Positions 55,011-64,000 of a stretch of 64,000 nucleotides of DNA are shown in pieces. Position 1 is the first letter of the stretch. Every line of letters begins with the position of its first letter. The translations under genes and the position numbers were made by a program. Source of the DNA: a virus (Duplodnaviria > Caudoviricetes); IMG/VR virus record IMGVR_UViG_3300032177_000010, positions 1,135 through 65,134 of that record; one strand, 5' to 3'. The notes beneath the pieces were generated by a model. The model saw nothing but the letters and a program-made list of their open reading frames with translations, ran no database searches and was not told the origin of the DNA.

Positions 55011-56197
55011 ATTTCATTCCTTTTCTCTCCGGTAGAGACAAGATCAATTGGTACACCAACTTGCTGTTCAACTTCTTCTAAGTATTTTATAGCGTTATTC
55101 GGCAGATTCTTATAGCTAGTTACTCCTCTACTATTCTTCCAACCCTGTAGTACTTTATAAACAGGTTTACCCTCATCATAATGAGTACAGAGAGCAATTT
55201 CAGGAATTCCATCAAGTACATCAAGTTTTGTTATTATTAGACTAGTAAAGCCATTTAGTTTAGCTGCAAATCTAACCATCTCTGCATCAAACCAGCCAAC
55301 CCTTCTTCGTCGCCCCGTAGTCGTTCCAAACTCCTTACCGTTATTAACCAATAATTCATCGATAGGAGAATTAGCGATAACCTCAGTAGGAAATGGTCCT
55401 GCCCCTACTCTTGTAGTATACGCCTTTGCAACTCCAATTATACTAGTAATAGAAAGTGGAGAAATACCCGCGCCCGCAGTTATTGAGCCTGATACAACAC
55501 TAGAAGCTGTTACATAAGGATAGGTTCCCCAATCATTATCCAAGAATACCCCATGTGCTCCTTCGGCTAAAATACGTTTATTTCCTTCTATATATTGATA
55601 TATCAAATCAAAGCTATCGTAAATATATGGTTTAATTTGATTAAAGAGGTTATAATAAGTTTCCTCAATCTCGGATTGCTTAATGCTTAGGTCTTTAATT
55701 CTAAGTTGTATCTCTAGTTTTTGATTAAACTGTTTTCTATCAAACAGGTCGCCTAGTCTGATTCCGTTATAGCTTACCTTATCAGCATAGGCAGGGCCGA
55801 TACCCCTTCCGGTTGTGCCTATCTTACTCTCCCCCCTTGCTTCTTCGTATACCTTATCAAGTATCTTATGATAAGGCATAACTAAATGACAACGGGGCGA
55901 GATAAGAAGCCTATTCTCAATATCTATGCCAGATTCTTTAAGAAGATTAATCTCATTAATAAGACACTCTAGATCAAGAACTACCCCATTTGCTATAACA
56001 GCAATAACTTTAGGATTAAAGATACCTGATGGTATAAGATGCATGGGAAATTTGCCGTACTGATTAATTACAGTATGGCCAGCATTATTTCCCCCGTGGT
56101 ATCTAATTACCATGTCAGAAAATTCTGCTAAGTAATCAATAACCTTTCCTTTTCCCTCGTCCCCCCATTGAGAGCCGATTACCATATCAACAGACAT
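54995..56197 (-). CDS. purA: Adenylosuccinate synthetase
   Basis: 'QWGDEGKGK', 'GGNNAGHT', 'GTYPYVT', 'EFGTTTGRRRRVGWFD', 'TKLD'. Confidence 0.95.
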   Translation of the reverse strand: MSVDMVIGSQWGDEGKGKVIDYLAEFSDMVIRYHGGNNAGHTVINQYGKFPMHLIPSGIFNPKVIAVIANGVVLDLECLINEINLLKESGIDIENRLLISPRCHLVMPYHKILDKVYEEARGESKIGTTGRGIGPAYADKVSYNGIRLGDLFDRKQFNQKLEIQLRIKDLSIKQSEIEETYYNLFNQIKPYIYDSFDLIYQYIEGNKRILAEGAHGVFLDNDWGTYPYVTASSVVSGSITAGAGISPLSITSIIGVAKAYTTRVGAGPFPTEVIANSPIDELLVNNGKEFGTTTGRRRRVGWFDAEMVRFAAKLNGFTSLIITKLDVLDGIPEIALCTHYDEGKPVYKVLQGWKNSRGVTSYKNLPNNAIKYLEEVEQQVGVPIDLVSTGEKRNEMCSML

Positions 56198-56213
56198 TTA
56201 TAACTCCTAAATT

Positions 56214-56298
56214 TGGCGGATGGTAAAGGATTCGAACCCTTGTAGCTTTCGCCTCGCCAGTTTTCAAGACTGGTGCCTTACCACTCGGCCAACCATCC
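56214..56298 (-). tRNA. tRNA-Ser (TGA)
   Basis: Loop CT-TGA-AA, long variable arm, G73, CCA. Confidence 0.92.
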
Positions 56299-56309
56299 GT
56301 GGCATTATA

Positions 56310-56675
56310 TTAAATCTCTTCATATTCATGATATGGGACATTCATTTTATCCGCCCACATAATCGTGTTAGCAGTACCGCCCTGCTTGAATCTGCCCTTG
56401 GCATAGAAAGCCAAGATAAGATCACTGTTTTCTACTATATCACGGTTGCGGATAAAGGCGGCACCCTTACCGTAGGTCGCGTAATTAGGATAGATAACCC
56501 TGATTTCCATTCCGGTATCCTTTGCGAATCGTTGGGCCATAGAATCTGCTCCAACTGCACCGCCCGATACAAGAATATCTCCCATTCTAATAATAGTTTC
56601 AAGTTCTTTGGTAAGTTGTTGATAACTTCCAAAAGTTCGGCTACCGACAACTCCGATACGTCGTCCACTAAGCAT
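56310..56675 (-). CDS. SLOG-superfamily protein (YspA/DprA-like)
   Basis: 'VVGSR', 'VSGGAVGAD', 'IRNRDIV', 'GGT'. Confidence 0.85.
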   Translation of the reverse strand: MLSGRRIGVVGSRTFGSYQQLTKELETIIRMGDILVSGGAVGADSMAQRFAKDTGMEIRVIYPNYATYGKGAAFIRNRDIVENSDLILAFYAKGRFKQGGTANTIMWADKMNVPYHEYEEI

Positions 56676-56959
56676 TATCCCCTTCGCTTTCGCTTCATCT
56701 TGTTCTCAATAATAGTATCAACTTGGGCTTTGGTCATTTCGCCCATAAGTATTACATCTTGAAATGTCTTTGATCCATACTGCATCTTCTCCGTGTCTGT
56801 AAACACGTAAATCTCTGTTAGAATTTTCTGTACCTGATAGGTAGGTAGTGTATCTTTCTGTATTGGATACGCCTCCATATCGGGTGCTGATAAACCGTCG
56901 GCTGGGAGCCAATCCGCTTTATCAATAATATTACGTATCGAATCATGTATGTCGCTCAA
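56675..56959 (-). CDS. Hypothetical protein
   Basis: 94 aa, co-oriented, stop overlaps the next start. Confidence 0.55.
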   Translation of the reverse strand: MSDIHDSIRNIIDKADWLPADGLSAPDMEAYPIQKDTLPTYQVQKILTEIYVFTDTEKMQYGSKTFQDVILMGEMTKAQVDTIIENKMKRKRRG

Positions 56960-56970
56960 TGTTCATGCAC

Positions 56971-58737
56971 CTAGTCCTTCTTCCAAATATCTGCTACAAT
57001 TGCGTCAGCCTTAACGGGAACTGACTTCAGTAGAGTTTTCGCTGCGTTAATCATCGAAGCCTCTACCACATCTTTAACAGTTTCCGCAGACCGTTCGTGG
57101 GCAAGGACTACAATCTCATCATGAACCTGTAGAATAATATTAGCACGAAGGTCGTATAAGTTCAACTCATCGTAAATATCGATCATTGCCAGTTTGGTAA
57201 TGTCAGCGTTTGTGCCTTGGATTACGGAGTTAGCAGCCTGTCTCCTGATCGATGCTGCCTCCCTATCATAATCTGGCCCTGCTTCTGGCTTTACGAAATA
57301 CCTTCTGCGCCCAAGCATGGTTTCGGAATAGTCGCGGGCAAATCCTGCATTTCCCGCATAATTTAACCACTCGATAGCTTTCTTGTAAATTTTCTTATAC
57401 CGGAACAGTAGACTCTTGCTATCTTCGATAGAGAGTTGGTTATCCCTGTCCCGAGTGACGTTAAGCATGTCCCGCAACTTAGTATAACCCATTCCATAGG
57501 CTAGTCCAAAGTTAATGGTCTTGGCAATAAAGCGTTGCTCCTTATTAACTTCCTCGATAGGCATGTTAAACATCTGCGCGGCTGTCGCCTTGTGAGGATC
57601 GTCGCCCATATCAAATGCTTGTGTAAGAGCAGGATCGCCACTAATCTCTGCAAGGATGCGCAACTCGATCTGAGAATAGTCTGCAACTACGATCTTGCGG
57701 CCCTTAAGAGTTACGCAATGGCGAAACTCTTCAGGCATTTGCTGCATATTAGGCTCTTTGCAGGAGAATCTTCCTGTATGGGTGCCTATCTGCTGAAAGT
57801 CTGCATGAATGCGCTGTGTAAATGGGTGGATAGCCCCTGTAAAGGTATCTCCATACGCAGACAAGATTTTCTGCAACCTACGGTAGTTCAATAACTCTCT
57901 AGCCGCAGGATGGTCTATCAATGCCAACTCTCGCTCATTGGTAGCCTTAGTCTTGATCCCAATCTTATGAAAAGCCTCTAGAATTTGCTTCGGACTATTA
58001 AGATTAATAGAATCTCTCTCAAATAGAGCGGTTTGCTCCCAAACCTTGCCGTCATCAAAGATAATTTCATGCATCTTTAGTCTGGACTCTTCGTGCTGCC
58101 TCTCATAATCTCTCAACTTGCTGCTCCACAAGTCAAGATTGATCGGCACGCCCTCCAACTCCATAGCTGCCACGACACGAACCAAGTCAAATTCTAGTTC
58201 AGCAACCCGACTTAGATTAAACTCTTCGATGATCTTCTTCTGTGCGCCCCAAATTGGGAACAGGATTTGAGCATCCTTAGCAGCATAATCCAACTGTTCC
58301 GTAGTAAAGTCTGTGCCCTTGGACTCAAAGAACGATGTACGGATAGACTTGTCAAGTACAACTCCCGTGTACTTCTGTGCCACGGTCAGTAGTGAGGAGT
58401 ACACGTTGGCCGTAACCAACTGTTCCGCTAGGAAGGTATCATAAACGCCACAAATATCTATATTATAAAAATACTTAATGAATTTGGCCTCAAACTTAGC
58501 ATTATGGATAAGTTTAAGCCACTTTCTATTTTCTAGATATGGGCGAAGAAATTCCAAGTCATTCTCAAATACATTCAGAATATATACAGTATCGTCTGGA
58601 AACCCAATCTGCGCTAACAAGATACGAGAATCGTATGGATTTAGACCTGTGGTTTCCAAGTCGATTGAAAATGTGTTGAACGCACCAAACCTTGAAAGAA
58701 GGTCTGCATCGTCTGATTGGACAAGTTTCCAAGCCAC
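56971..58737 (-). CDS. polA: Family A DNA polymerase with 3'-5' exonuclease
   Basis: 'DLET', 'HNAKFE', 'YAAKD'; motifs A DYSQIELR, B KTINFGLAYG, C VHDE. Confidence 0.95.
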   Translation of the reverse strand: MAWKLVQSDDADLLSRFGAFNTFSIDLETTGLNPYDSRILLAQIGFPDDTVYILNVFENDLEFLRPYLENRKWLKLIHNAKFEAKFIKYFYNIDICGVYDTFLAEQLVTANVYSSLLTVAQKYTGVVLDKSIRTSFFESKGTDFTTEQLDYAAKDAQILFPIWGAQKKIIEEFNLSRVAELEFDLVRVVAAMELEGVPINLDLWSSKLRDYERQHEESRLKMHEIIFDDGKVWEQTALFERDSINLNSPKQILEAFHKIGIKTKATNERELALIDHPAARELLNYRRLQKILSAYGDTFTGAIHPFTQRIHADFQQIGTHTGRFSCKEPNMQQMPEEFRHCVTLKGRKIVVADYSQIELRILAEISGDPALTQAFDMGDDPHKATAAQMFNMPIEEVNKEQRFIAKTINFGLAYGMGYTKLRDMLNVTRDRDNQLSIEDSKSLLFRYKKIYKKAIEWLNYAGNAGFARDYSETMLGRRRYFVKPEAGPDYDREAASIRRQAANSVIQGTNADITKLAMIDIYDELNLYDLRANIILQVHDEIVVLAHERSAETVKDVVEASMINAAKTLLKSVPVKADAIVADIWKKD

Positions 58738-59723
58738 GGTAGTTGCTCCTTAACTATTTCTGCAAATTGTTTCTCGGAGCCTTCACGCTCCGCTAATTTA
58801 GAGATATCTAATTTTTCCTCTCCCTCTCTAAGAGAGGAGTAGTCCAAGATAAAGGTCTTATCATTGCCTATCTTACTCTTAAGTGTATCAGCAGCCTTAA
58901 GGCCAATACCACTAGGATCATAATCTGGCACGATAACTACCGCCTTATCCTTAATTGATGCTATATTAGCCCTAGATATATTTGTACCCCCTGCGGTTAC
59001 AGCAGGATACCCCCATTGCTTAAGAGCCAACCAATCAAACTGCCCCTCTACTAGAAATATTATAGGAGATGCCTGTACCGAAGATAGTCCAATAATCGGC
59101 TTGGGCATTCTTAGCCCTAGGTATTTGACCTTATTGTTAACAACTGTTCTGCCCACCATAAAATCGGCCATCATAGTTCCACTTAACAGATTCGGGATTG
59201 TAATTCTGTGGGCCATGCTCTCAACCCCGTCTTTGTCGATAAGTCCTATCTCTGCTCCTAAAGCAGCCTCATGAGAGGTCGTAATATTAAGAACAAAGCC
59301 GTCTGTATATCCTACCAGATAGTTTTTAATAGTATCTATAGTAAGTCCACGTCTTAATAAGTATTCTAACGCACCACGATTTGCCATAAGATTCTGGTTA
59401 TACTGATCCGCTACTATCCACAAGAAGCGCCAAGTTTCGGATACGTTCTTAACCTTGATAACACCAGACGCCTTCTCTCTAAAGTACCAGCCTCCTGTAT
59501 ACTCGATTGCTTCTCGTTCAGACATTCCCTTATAGTCTACAAGAAATTTGACGGGATTTCCCCATGCTCCACAACCGAAGCAATAATAAGTATCGCCGGG
59601 ATAGATAGTAAAGGAGGGAGTATGGTCGCCCGTATGAAACGGGCATCGACCAATCTTCCTCCCACCAGTACTTTCTTTTGTTACTATGTTATTTTCTGCC
59701 AGTACGTCTAGCAAACTCTTCAT
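58641..59723 (-). CDS. dnaG: DNA primase (CHC2 zinc finger + TOPRIM)
   Basis: 'CPFH..HTPSF..YCFGC', 'VEGQFD', 'DYD'. Confidence 0.92.
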   Translation of the reverse strand: MKSLLDVLAENNIVTKESTGGRKIGRCPFHTGDHTPSFTIYPGDTYYCFGCGAWGNPVKFLVDYKGMSEREAIEYTGGWYFREKASGVIKVKNVSETWRFLWIVADQYNQNLMANRGALEYLLRRGLTIDTIKNYLVGYTDGFVLNITTSHEAALGAEIGLIDKDGVESMAHRITIPNLLSGTMMADFMVGRTVVNNKVKYLGLRMPKPIIGLSSVQASPIIFLVEGQFDWLALKQWGYPAVTAGGTNISRANIASIKDKAVVIVPDYDPSGIGLKAADTLKSKIGNDKTFILDYSSLREGEEKLDISKLAEREGSEKQFAEIVKEQLPWLGNLSNQTMQTFFQGLVRSTHFQSTWKPQV

Positions 59724-59964
59724 CTACCCAACCTTCAGGCATTATTCCTGATGCCGTAATAAAGTTACCCATAGGATTTATAGGCCAATTAGGGGGTCTT
59801 AAGACAAGTGTATGCTTGACTTCGCCGCCACGAACACACTTTAAGTAACTAAATCTTTCAAACCCCCAAAAATCGGGACGGCCCCAATCCCATCCTAGAA
59901 CTCTCTTAAAATAAGCCCCGCCTTGCCAATTATGTTCATGCTGCTTAGGTCTACCGGGTCGCAT
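59689..59964 (-). CDS. Hypothetical protein
   Basis: 91 aa filling the RNR-primase gap. Confidence 0.5.
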   Translation of the reverse strand: MRPGRPKQHEHNWQGGAYFKRVLGWDWGRPDFWGFERFSYLKCVRGGEVKHTLVLRPPNWPINPMGNFITASGIMPEGWVDEEFARRTGRK

Positions 59965-59965
59965 A

Positions 59966-61837
59966 TCACACCAAAACTATTTGCTCTTCTCTAAGTATAT
60001 CTATTGTAAATTCTAATGCTCCCTTATCAGGAATCTGTCTATCTCGCATATCACACATACCATCGGGACAATCTAGGCTACTTTGCTCGTCAATTGTCGA
60101 ATCAGTATGGACTTCGTGCTTTCTTTCTGCTACCAGCCTTCTCGCCTCATCCAGCGGGATCGCCTCTAGAGGCTCCTGCCCGCGTGAGCCAGCCCTGTAG
60201 AACGTGGTGCCCTTCAGGTCTGGTAGGTATTCTAGCCAAAGGTCGCTGAGAGATTCAACAGGAAAGTTTGCCTCTAAATTGATTGTCTTTGATACAGCGT
60301 TATCGATGTGCTGTTGGCATACTCGCTGTACATCAAAGTGAGTTTCGGGCTTAATATCATATGCTCCCTCAAGAACACTTACATCATCGACAGAATCCCA
60401 TAACGGGTCGATAACTAATTCTTTATCAAGTTTTCTACTTCCATCATCAGTTGGTCGATAGAATCTGCGCCAGTACGCAGGAGCGAAGAGAGGTTCAATT
60501 CCTGTAGATACGTTTGAAACCATTCCAGTTGTTCCTGTTGGAGCAATAGTGAGAATTGCTGCATTTCTAATACCATTCTTACGGATTCTAGAGCGTATTG
60601 AAGTCGAAAGAGCGCGGCGTGCAAATCCTGAGTCGAGGAACCGCTCGTCAAATCCTCCAAACGAACCTTTATCAATAGCGAGGTCGATGCTAGCATTGTA
60701 GGCTGTCTCCTTTATGAATATCATTAATTCTTCAATAAATGTTAAGGAATCTGAATATTTGCGCCCCATCTTTATCAACATGGAATGCAAGCCCATGATA
60801 CCTAGTCCCAGCCGCCTGACATAGTTATTATTATCCCTTATGGAATTAAGAGGATACTCATTAACGGACAAGACATTATCTAAAAATCTAACGGATGTAG
60901 TAATCGTAGAACGAAGCCCATCCCAATCAACAAAACCAAGGTCGGTAACAAAGCGAGGAAGAACAAGAGCACCGAGGTCACAACTACCAAACTCTTCCAA
61001 CCAAATCTCACCACAGGGGTTAGTAGATATAAGGGGCTTATAATACCAGATGTTTGATTCCTTGTTTGCCAAGTCTCCATTTAATACTCCCGGCTCTCCG
61101 CTTGTCCAAGCGTTAGCAACTATCTTTTCCCAAATTTCCTTGGCGTTAGCCTTGCCCGCCTTTGTTCCTCCGAACATTAGGTCAAAGTCTTCACCTTTTC
61201 TAACCTTCTTTATGAAGGACTCCGCAGGGAGCCTCTTATCAATGATAACTGAGACATTTGCGTTTGTCAGTTCTTTCTGATCTAACTTCTTATCCAGAAA
61301 CTCTATTATGTCTGGATGCGTAATATTTAAGTCTAACATCAACGCTAATCGTCTTCCGCCCCCGCCAACGAGAACGTCGCCAACAGCATTGATCATTTGC
61401 ATTAAAGAAACAGCGCCAGTAGCGATGCCACCAGTCCCGCTAATCCTTGAACCGCGAGGACGAATAGGACTACAATTAATACCCACACCACCGCCCATGC
61501 CAGATATAACGATAACATCATGGATCGTAGTGCCCCACCCCTCACGGCTATCATTTGTAGGAACCACAAAGCAATTAAGCAACTGACCGCGAGGGCGACC
61601 ACTTCCATACCAAATCCTCCCACCGGGCATAAATCTATTTTCTACTATCTCTTCGTAGAATGCTTCTTCTACGATTGGCCTATTTCCATTAACCTCTGCC
61701 GAAGCTACGTGCTTCGATAATCTTCTTGAAGCCTCTTCCCATGTCTCCTCTGGATGTATTGTATACCTTTCCTTAAATATTGTCTCCGATAATCCCACTG
61801 GTTGGTACGGCACTAATCTCACTCCTTTCGCTATCAT
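59966..61837 (-). CDS. nrdJ: Ribonucleotide reductase, probably class II (adenosylcobalamin-dependent)
   Basis: 'LLNCFV', 'TNPCGE', 'APTGT', 'AVSKTIN', C-terminal CPDGMC; no beta subunit adjacent. Confidence 0.85.
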   Translation of the reverse strand: MIAKGVRLVPYQPVGLSETIFKERYTIHPEETWEEASRRLSKHVASAEVNGNRPIVEEAFYEEIVENRFMPGGRIWYGSGRPRGQLLNCFVVPTNDSREGWGTTIHDVIVISGMGGGVGINCSPIRPRGSRISGTGGIATGAVSLMQMINAVGDVLVGGGGRRLALMLDLNITHPDIIEFLDKKLDQKELTNANVSVIIDKRLPAESFIKKVRKGEDFDLMFGGTKAGKANAKEIWEKIVANAWTSGEPGVLNGDLANKESNIWYYKPLISTNPCGEIWLEEFGSCDLGALVLPRFVTDLGFVDWDGLRSTITTSVRFLDNVLSVNEYPLNSIRDNNNYVRRLGLGIMGLHSMLIKMGRKYSDSLTFIEELMIFIKETAYNASIDLAIDKGSFGGFDERFLDSGFARRALSTSIRSRIRKNGIRNAAILTIAPTGTTGMVSNVSTGIEPLFAPAYWRRFYRPTDDGSRKLDKELVIDPLWDSVDDVSVLEGAYDIKPETHFDVQRVCQQHIDNAVSKTINLEANFPVESLSDLWLEYLPDLKGTTFYRAGSRGQEPLEAIPLDEARRLVAERKHEVHTDSTIDEQSSLDCPDGMCDMRDRQIPDKGALEFTIDILREEQIVLV

Positions 61838-62261
61838 TATTTAAAAAATTCCAAAAATGGGAGCATTTATAGATATCGCCTTCAATTTGATTTGAACATA
61901 TGTAAGGTAAATAAATCTTGTGTTGCTTGATGATGGGTGCCCGAATCATCTTCCAACAAGGCTTTTGGTACTTACAAGCCATATAGGTTCTCGATATCTT
62001 GTTTGATCGCCTGTATGGTGCTTCCCCAAGTTGTAACACTTTATACCCATGATTAACAGAAACAATCTCAAGATTGTCGGGCCTATTATCCTGCGCATTC
62101 CCATTGATGTGTCTAACGTCTTCGTCTATTGATAGAGGTCGCCCAAGAACCTTCTCAGCGACCAGTATTTGTTCTGGAACATACCCAGCCTCTACTGCCC
62201 TGTCATGAGAAGGCTGGTAAACCAGTATATAATAATCATAAATTTTGGGCCTCATTTGCAT
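61773..62261 (-). CDS. HNH-domain protein (degenerate homing endonuclease)
   Basis: 'VAEKVLGRPL..EDVRHINGNAQDNRPDNL'. Confidence 0.75.
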   Translation of the reverse strand: MQMRPKIYDYYILVYQPSHDRAVEAGYVPEQILVAEKVLGRPLSIDEDVRHINGNAQDNRPDNLEIVSVNHGYKVLQLGEAPYRRSNKISRTYMACKYQKPCWKMIRAPIIKQHKIYLPYICSNQIEGDIYKCSHFWNFLNNDSERSEISAVPTSGIIGDNI

Positions 62262-62331
62262 ACCTCTTACTCTACTGTGAAGCCTTGTTACGGGCCTCCT
62301 GACTTGATTAAGGAATCTTAATTTTCGGAAG

Positions 62332-62360
62332 TTGACCTTCCCGCCCCAAGCCGCTACAAT
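62332..62360 (+). promoter_or_regulatory. Sigma70-like promoter for the divergent plus-strand unit
   Basis: TTGACC-N17-TACAAT. Confidence 0.65.
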
Positions 62361-62421
62361 GAGACTTGCGAGGGGGAGGGTGCATATACTAATAACACTA
62401 TACTGTACAGAGTAGGTAACT

Positions 62422-62619
62422 ATGTTAGATTATAACTTTAGAAGCAAGTGTTGCTTTGCTCCTATTAGACTAGGAAGAAAAACTATAAAGAAAACAAATC
62501 AGAAAACTTTAATCTGGATTTGCTGTAAGTGTGGAACTAGGGACGTAGATATCATACCAAAGGACACCACGATAGATCAACGTCCTAAAATTGGGCCATT
62601 TTCAGATGAGGAACGATAA
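62422..62619 (+). CDS. Small Zn-binding hypothetical protein
   Basis: 'SKCC...CCKCG'; AGGT RBS. Confidence 0.65.
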   Translation: MLDYNFRSKCCFAPIRLGRKTIKKTNQKTLIWICCKCGTRDVDIIPKDTTIDQRPKIGPFSDEER

Positions 62620-62641
62620 ACCGTAACACGGAGGTCGAGTT

Positions 62642-63175
62642 ATGAAAGGAAACGTGCTAGCCTGTGCGCTAGTTTTAACTATAGTTTGTTCTAACACCAT
62701 TATAGGTTGTTATAGTGCAAGCGCTGTAAAACCAGCAAGTCAAGAATTTTTACACGATTATGAGTTAAAACCAATTATTTTACCGACAATTGAACCCATT
62801 CAGGATATAGTACTATTAAAACAATCAGAAGTACTAATAACGCCCGAGCCTACGGCTGAACCTACAGCAAAACCCAAACCTAAACCAAAACAACAATTTA
62901 CATTCTATAAAACTAGATATGGAAAGGCCACAACTTATGGACCCGGATACGGGGGCTATCTAGCCCTACCAGAAGGGGGTGGCATCCTTGTTGAAGTTTG
63001 TGGTCCTGTTGGGTGTATACTAAGGCGCAGCAACGATGCTGGGCCTAGTCCTGCCAGTCAAAGGGCTGGAAGAGTGGTTGATCTAAATATAAGGGATTTT
63101 GAAATTATATGTGGTTGTCAATGGAATATAATTGGAGTTATCAAGAACGTCCGAGTGAGGTACATTAGTGAATGA
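62642..63175 (+). CDS. Secreted RlpA/expansin-like double-psi beta-barrel protein with Pro/Thr/Lys linker
   Basis: Signal peptide, PTAEPTAKPKPKPK linker, 'GKATTY...NDAGP...RVVDL'. Confidence 0.7.
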   Translation: MKGNVLACALVLTIVCSNTIIGCYSASAVKPASQEFLHDYELKPIILPTIEPIQDIVLLKQSEVLITPEPTAEPTAKPKPKPKQQFTFYKTRYGKATTYGPGYGGYLALPEGGGILVEVCGPVGCILRRSNDAGPSPASQRAGRVVDLNIRDFEIICGCQWNIIGVIKNVRVRYISE

Positions 63176-63321
63176 TTTATGTAGATAAGACCGATATAGC
63201 GTGGGCAGCAGGATTTTTTGATGGGGAGGGATGTATTAGAATAAATAAGACTAAGAATCAATATATACTACAGATTTTTACATTTCATAAAATGAAGGTC
63301 TTAAAATGGCAAAGATATTAG
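63172..63321 (+). pseudogene. Truncated LAGLIDADG homing endonuclease (49 aa)
   Basis: MIYVDKTDIAWAAGFFDGEGCIRI..., stop after 49 codons. Confidence 0.75.
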
Positions 63322-64000
63322 AAGGTGGTATGCGCCTCACATTCGATGATGTTCTCTTGGTCCCCGGTTATTCTGATATTAATTCTAGGGAAGACATTTC
63401 GCTGGAACAGGAATTTTTGGGAGTAAAATTAAGAGTTCCTATCATCTCTGCTAACATGGATTTAGTCACAGGCGCTAACATGGCTGTGGCGATGAATATT
63501 GCAGGGGGCTTAGGCATACTGCATAGGTTCTATTCTTCGTGGGCAGATGAAGAAGAGGATATTACAGCAGTCTATAATAGTGCTGTAGACCCGCTAGCAA
63601 TCTCTATCGGGATTAGGGATTTTACGGAGATTAAACATAAACTGACTTTTATTGAAGAAGAGTTAGATATGAGGAATCATCCGTTTATTGTTACTATTGA
63701 TGTTGCTCATGGCCACCATAAACGGGTTGAAGAGGTAATTGTCTTTATAAAAGACGAATATCCTCAAGTCAAGATTATAGCAGGAAACGTGTCAACTTGG
63801 GACGGCTATCTATTTCTTGCCCAAGCAGGAGCCGACGCAGTTAAAGTTGGAATTGGTCCGGGGTCTGCCTGTACTACAAGAATCGTAACAGGGTTCGGAT
63901 ACCCGCAGCTTTCAGCTATTGTGGATATAAATAATAGAAGAACTAATATGACAAAAAACTGGACCAACTACCCAGCAATTATAGCCGATGGTGGGATTCG
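63306..64000 (+). CDS. IMP dehydrogenase/GMP reductase family protein, CBS-less, partial (runs off window)
   Basis: '[10 protein letters not shown]', 'SANMD', 'GGLGILHR', 'IDVAHG', '[13 protein letters not shown]', 'IIADGGI'. Confidence 0.93.
   Translation, partial: MAKILEGGMRLTFDDVLLVPGYSDINSREDISLEQEFLGVKLRVPIISANMDLVTGANMAVAMNIAGGLGILHRFYSSWADEEEDITAVYNSAVDPLAISIGIRDFTEIKHKLTFIEEELDMRNHPFIVTIDVAHGHHKRVEEVIVFIKDEYPQVKIIAGNVSTWDGYLFLAQAGADAVKVGIGPGSACTTRIVTGFGYPQLSAIVDINNRRTNMTKNWTNYPAIIADGGI

Noticed and set aside
54995-56197. PurZ / 2-aminoadenine (Z) genome pathway (PurA-like gene near a family A polymerase)
   Set aside because: The protein keeps the canonical PurA catalytic Asp (GDEGKG, not GSxGKG) and the GTP-type TKLD motif. 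No DatZ or MazZ-like gene is recognisable in the window.
29973-56298. Stop-codon reassignment suggested by tRNAs with TAG, TAA or TGA triplets
   Set aside because: These are anticodons read 5'-3' (Leu CUA, Leu UUA, Ser UCA), not suppressors (CTA, TTA, TCA). Core genes are intact in code 11 and all three stops are used.
1424-61586. Numerous plus-strand ORFs of 60-180 aa in the ORF track
   Set aside because: They are antisense shadows of long minus-strand genes or tRNAs, with no recognisable motifs.
1-64000. Prophage boundary or host chromosomal DNA (purA, purB, guaB-like, tRNAs)
   Set aside because: These genes are interleaved with phage genes at phage-like density. No integrase, att duplication, rRNA or ribosomal protein genes are visible.

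Overview
This window is a 64 kb internal segment of a large, probably lytic, siphovirus-like tailed phage using the standard genetic code; nearly all genes from 1 to 62.3 kb are on the minus strand. Reading left to right: tail tip/fibre, distal tail, tape measure, frameshifted tail chaperones, tail tube, neck genes with two embedded glycosyltransferases, major capsid, protease/scaffold, portal and terminase (1-25 kb); a dense tRNA cluster with HNH genes (25.5-31.4 kb); two giant YAQAQ-repeat fibre proteins (31.8-41.9 kb); glycosyl/methyl/cytidylyl-transferases and thyX (43-50 kb); a Ro60/TROVE gene followed by five covarying Y-RNA-like genes (50.8-53.1 kb); purB/purA, PolA, primase and class II RNR; then a divergent plus-strand unit ending in a partial IMPDH/GMP reductase. 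By eye I count 28 CCA-encoding tRNAs covering all 20 amino acids, plus one non-canonical Ala-acceptor RNA. The best candidate for an undescribed system is the Ro60 locus: five RNAs share one covarying scaffold but carry different payload modules, and a remote mini-hairpin displays the same motifs. Also notable are four CDSs whose stop codons overlap tRNA genes, a D-armless tRNA-Ala/tmRNA-like RNA, and cassette-built fibre proteins with a high-GC swapped domain. All calls are from motif reading and manual folding; no searches or computations were run.
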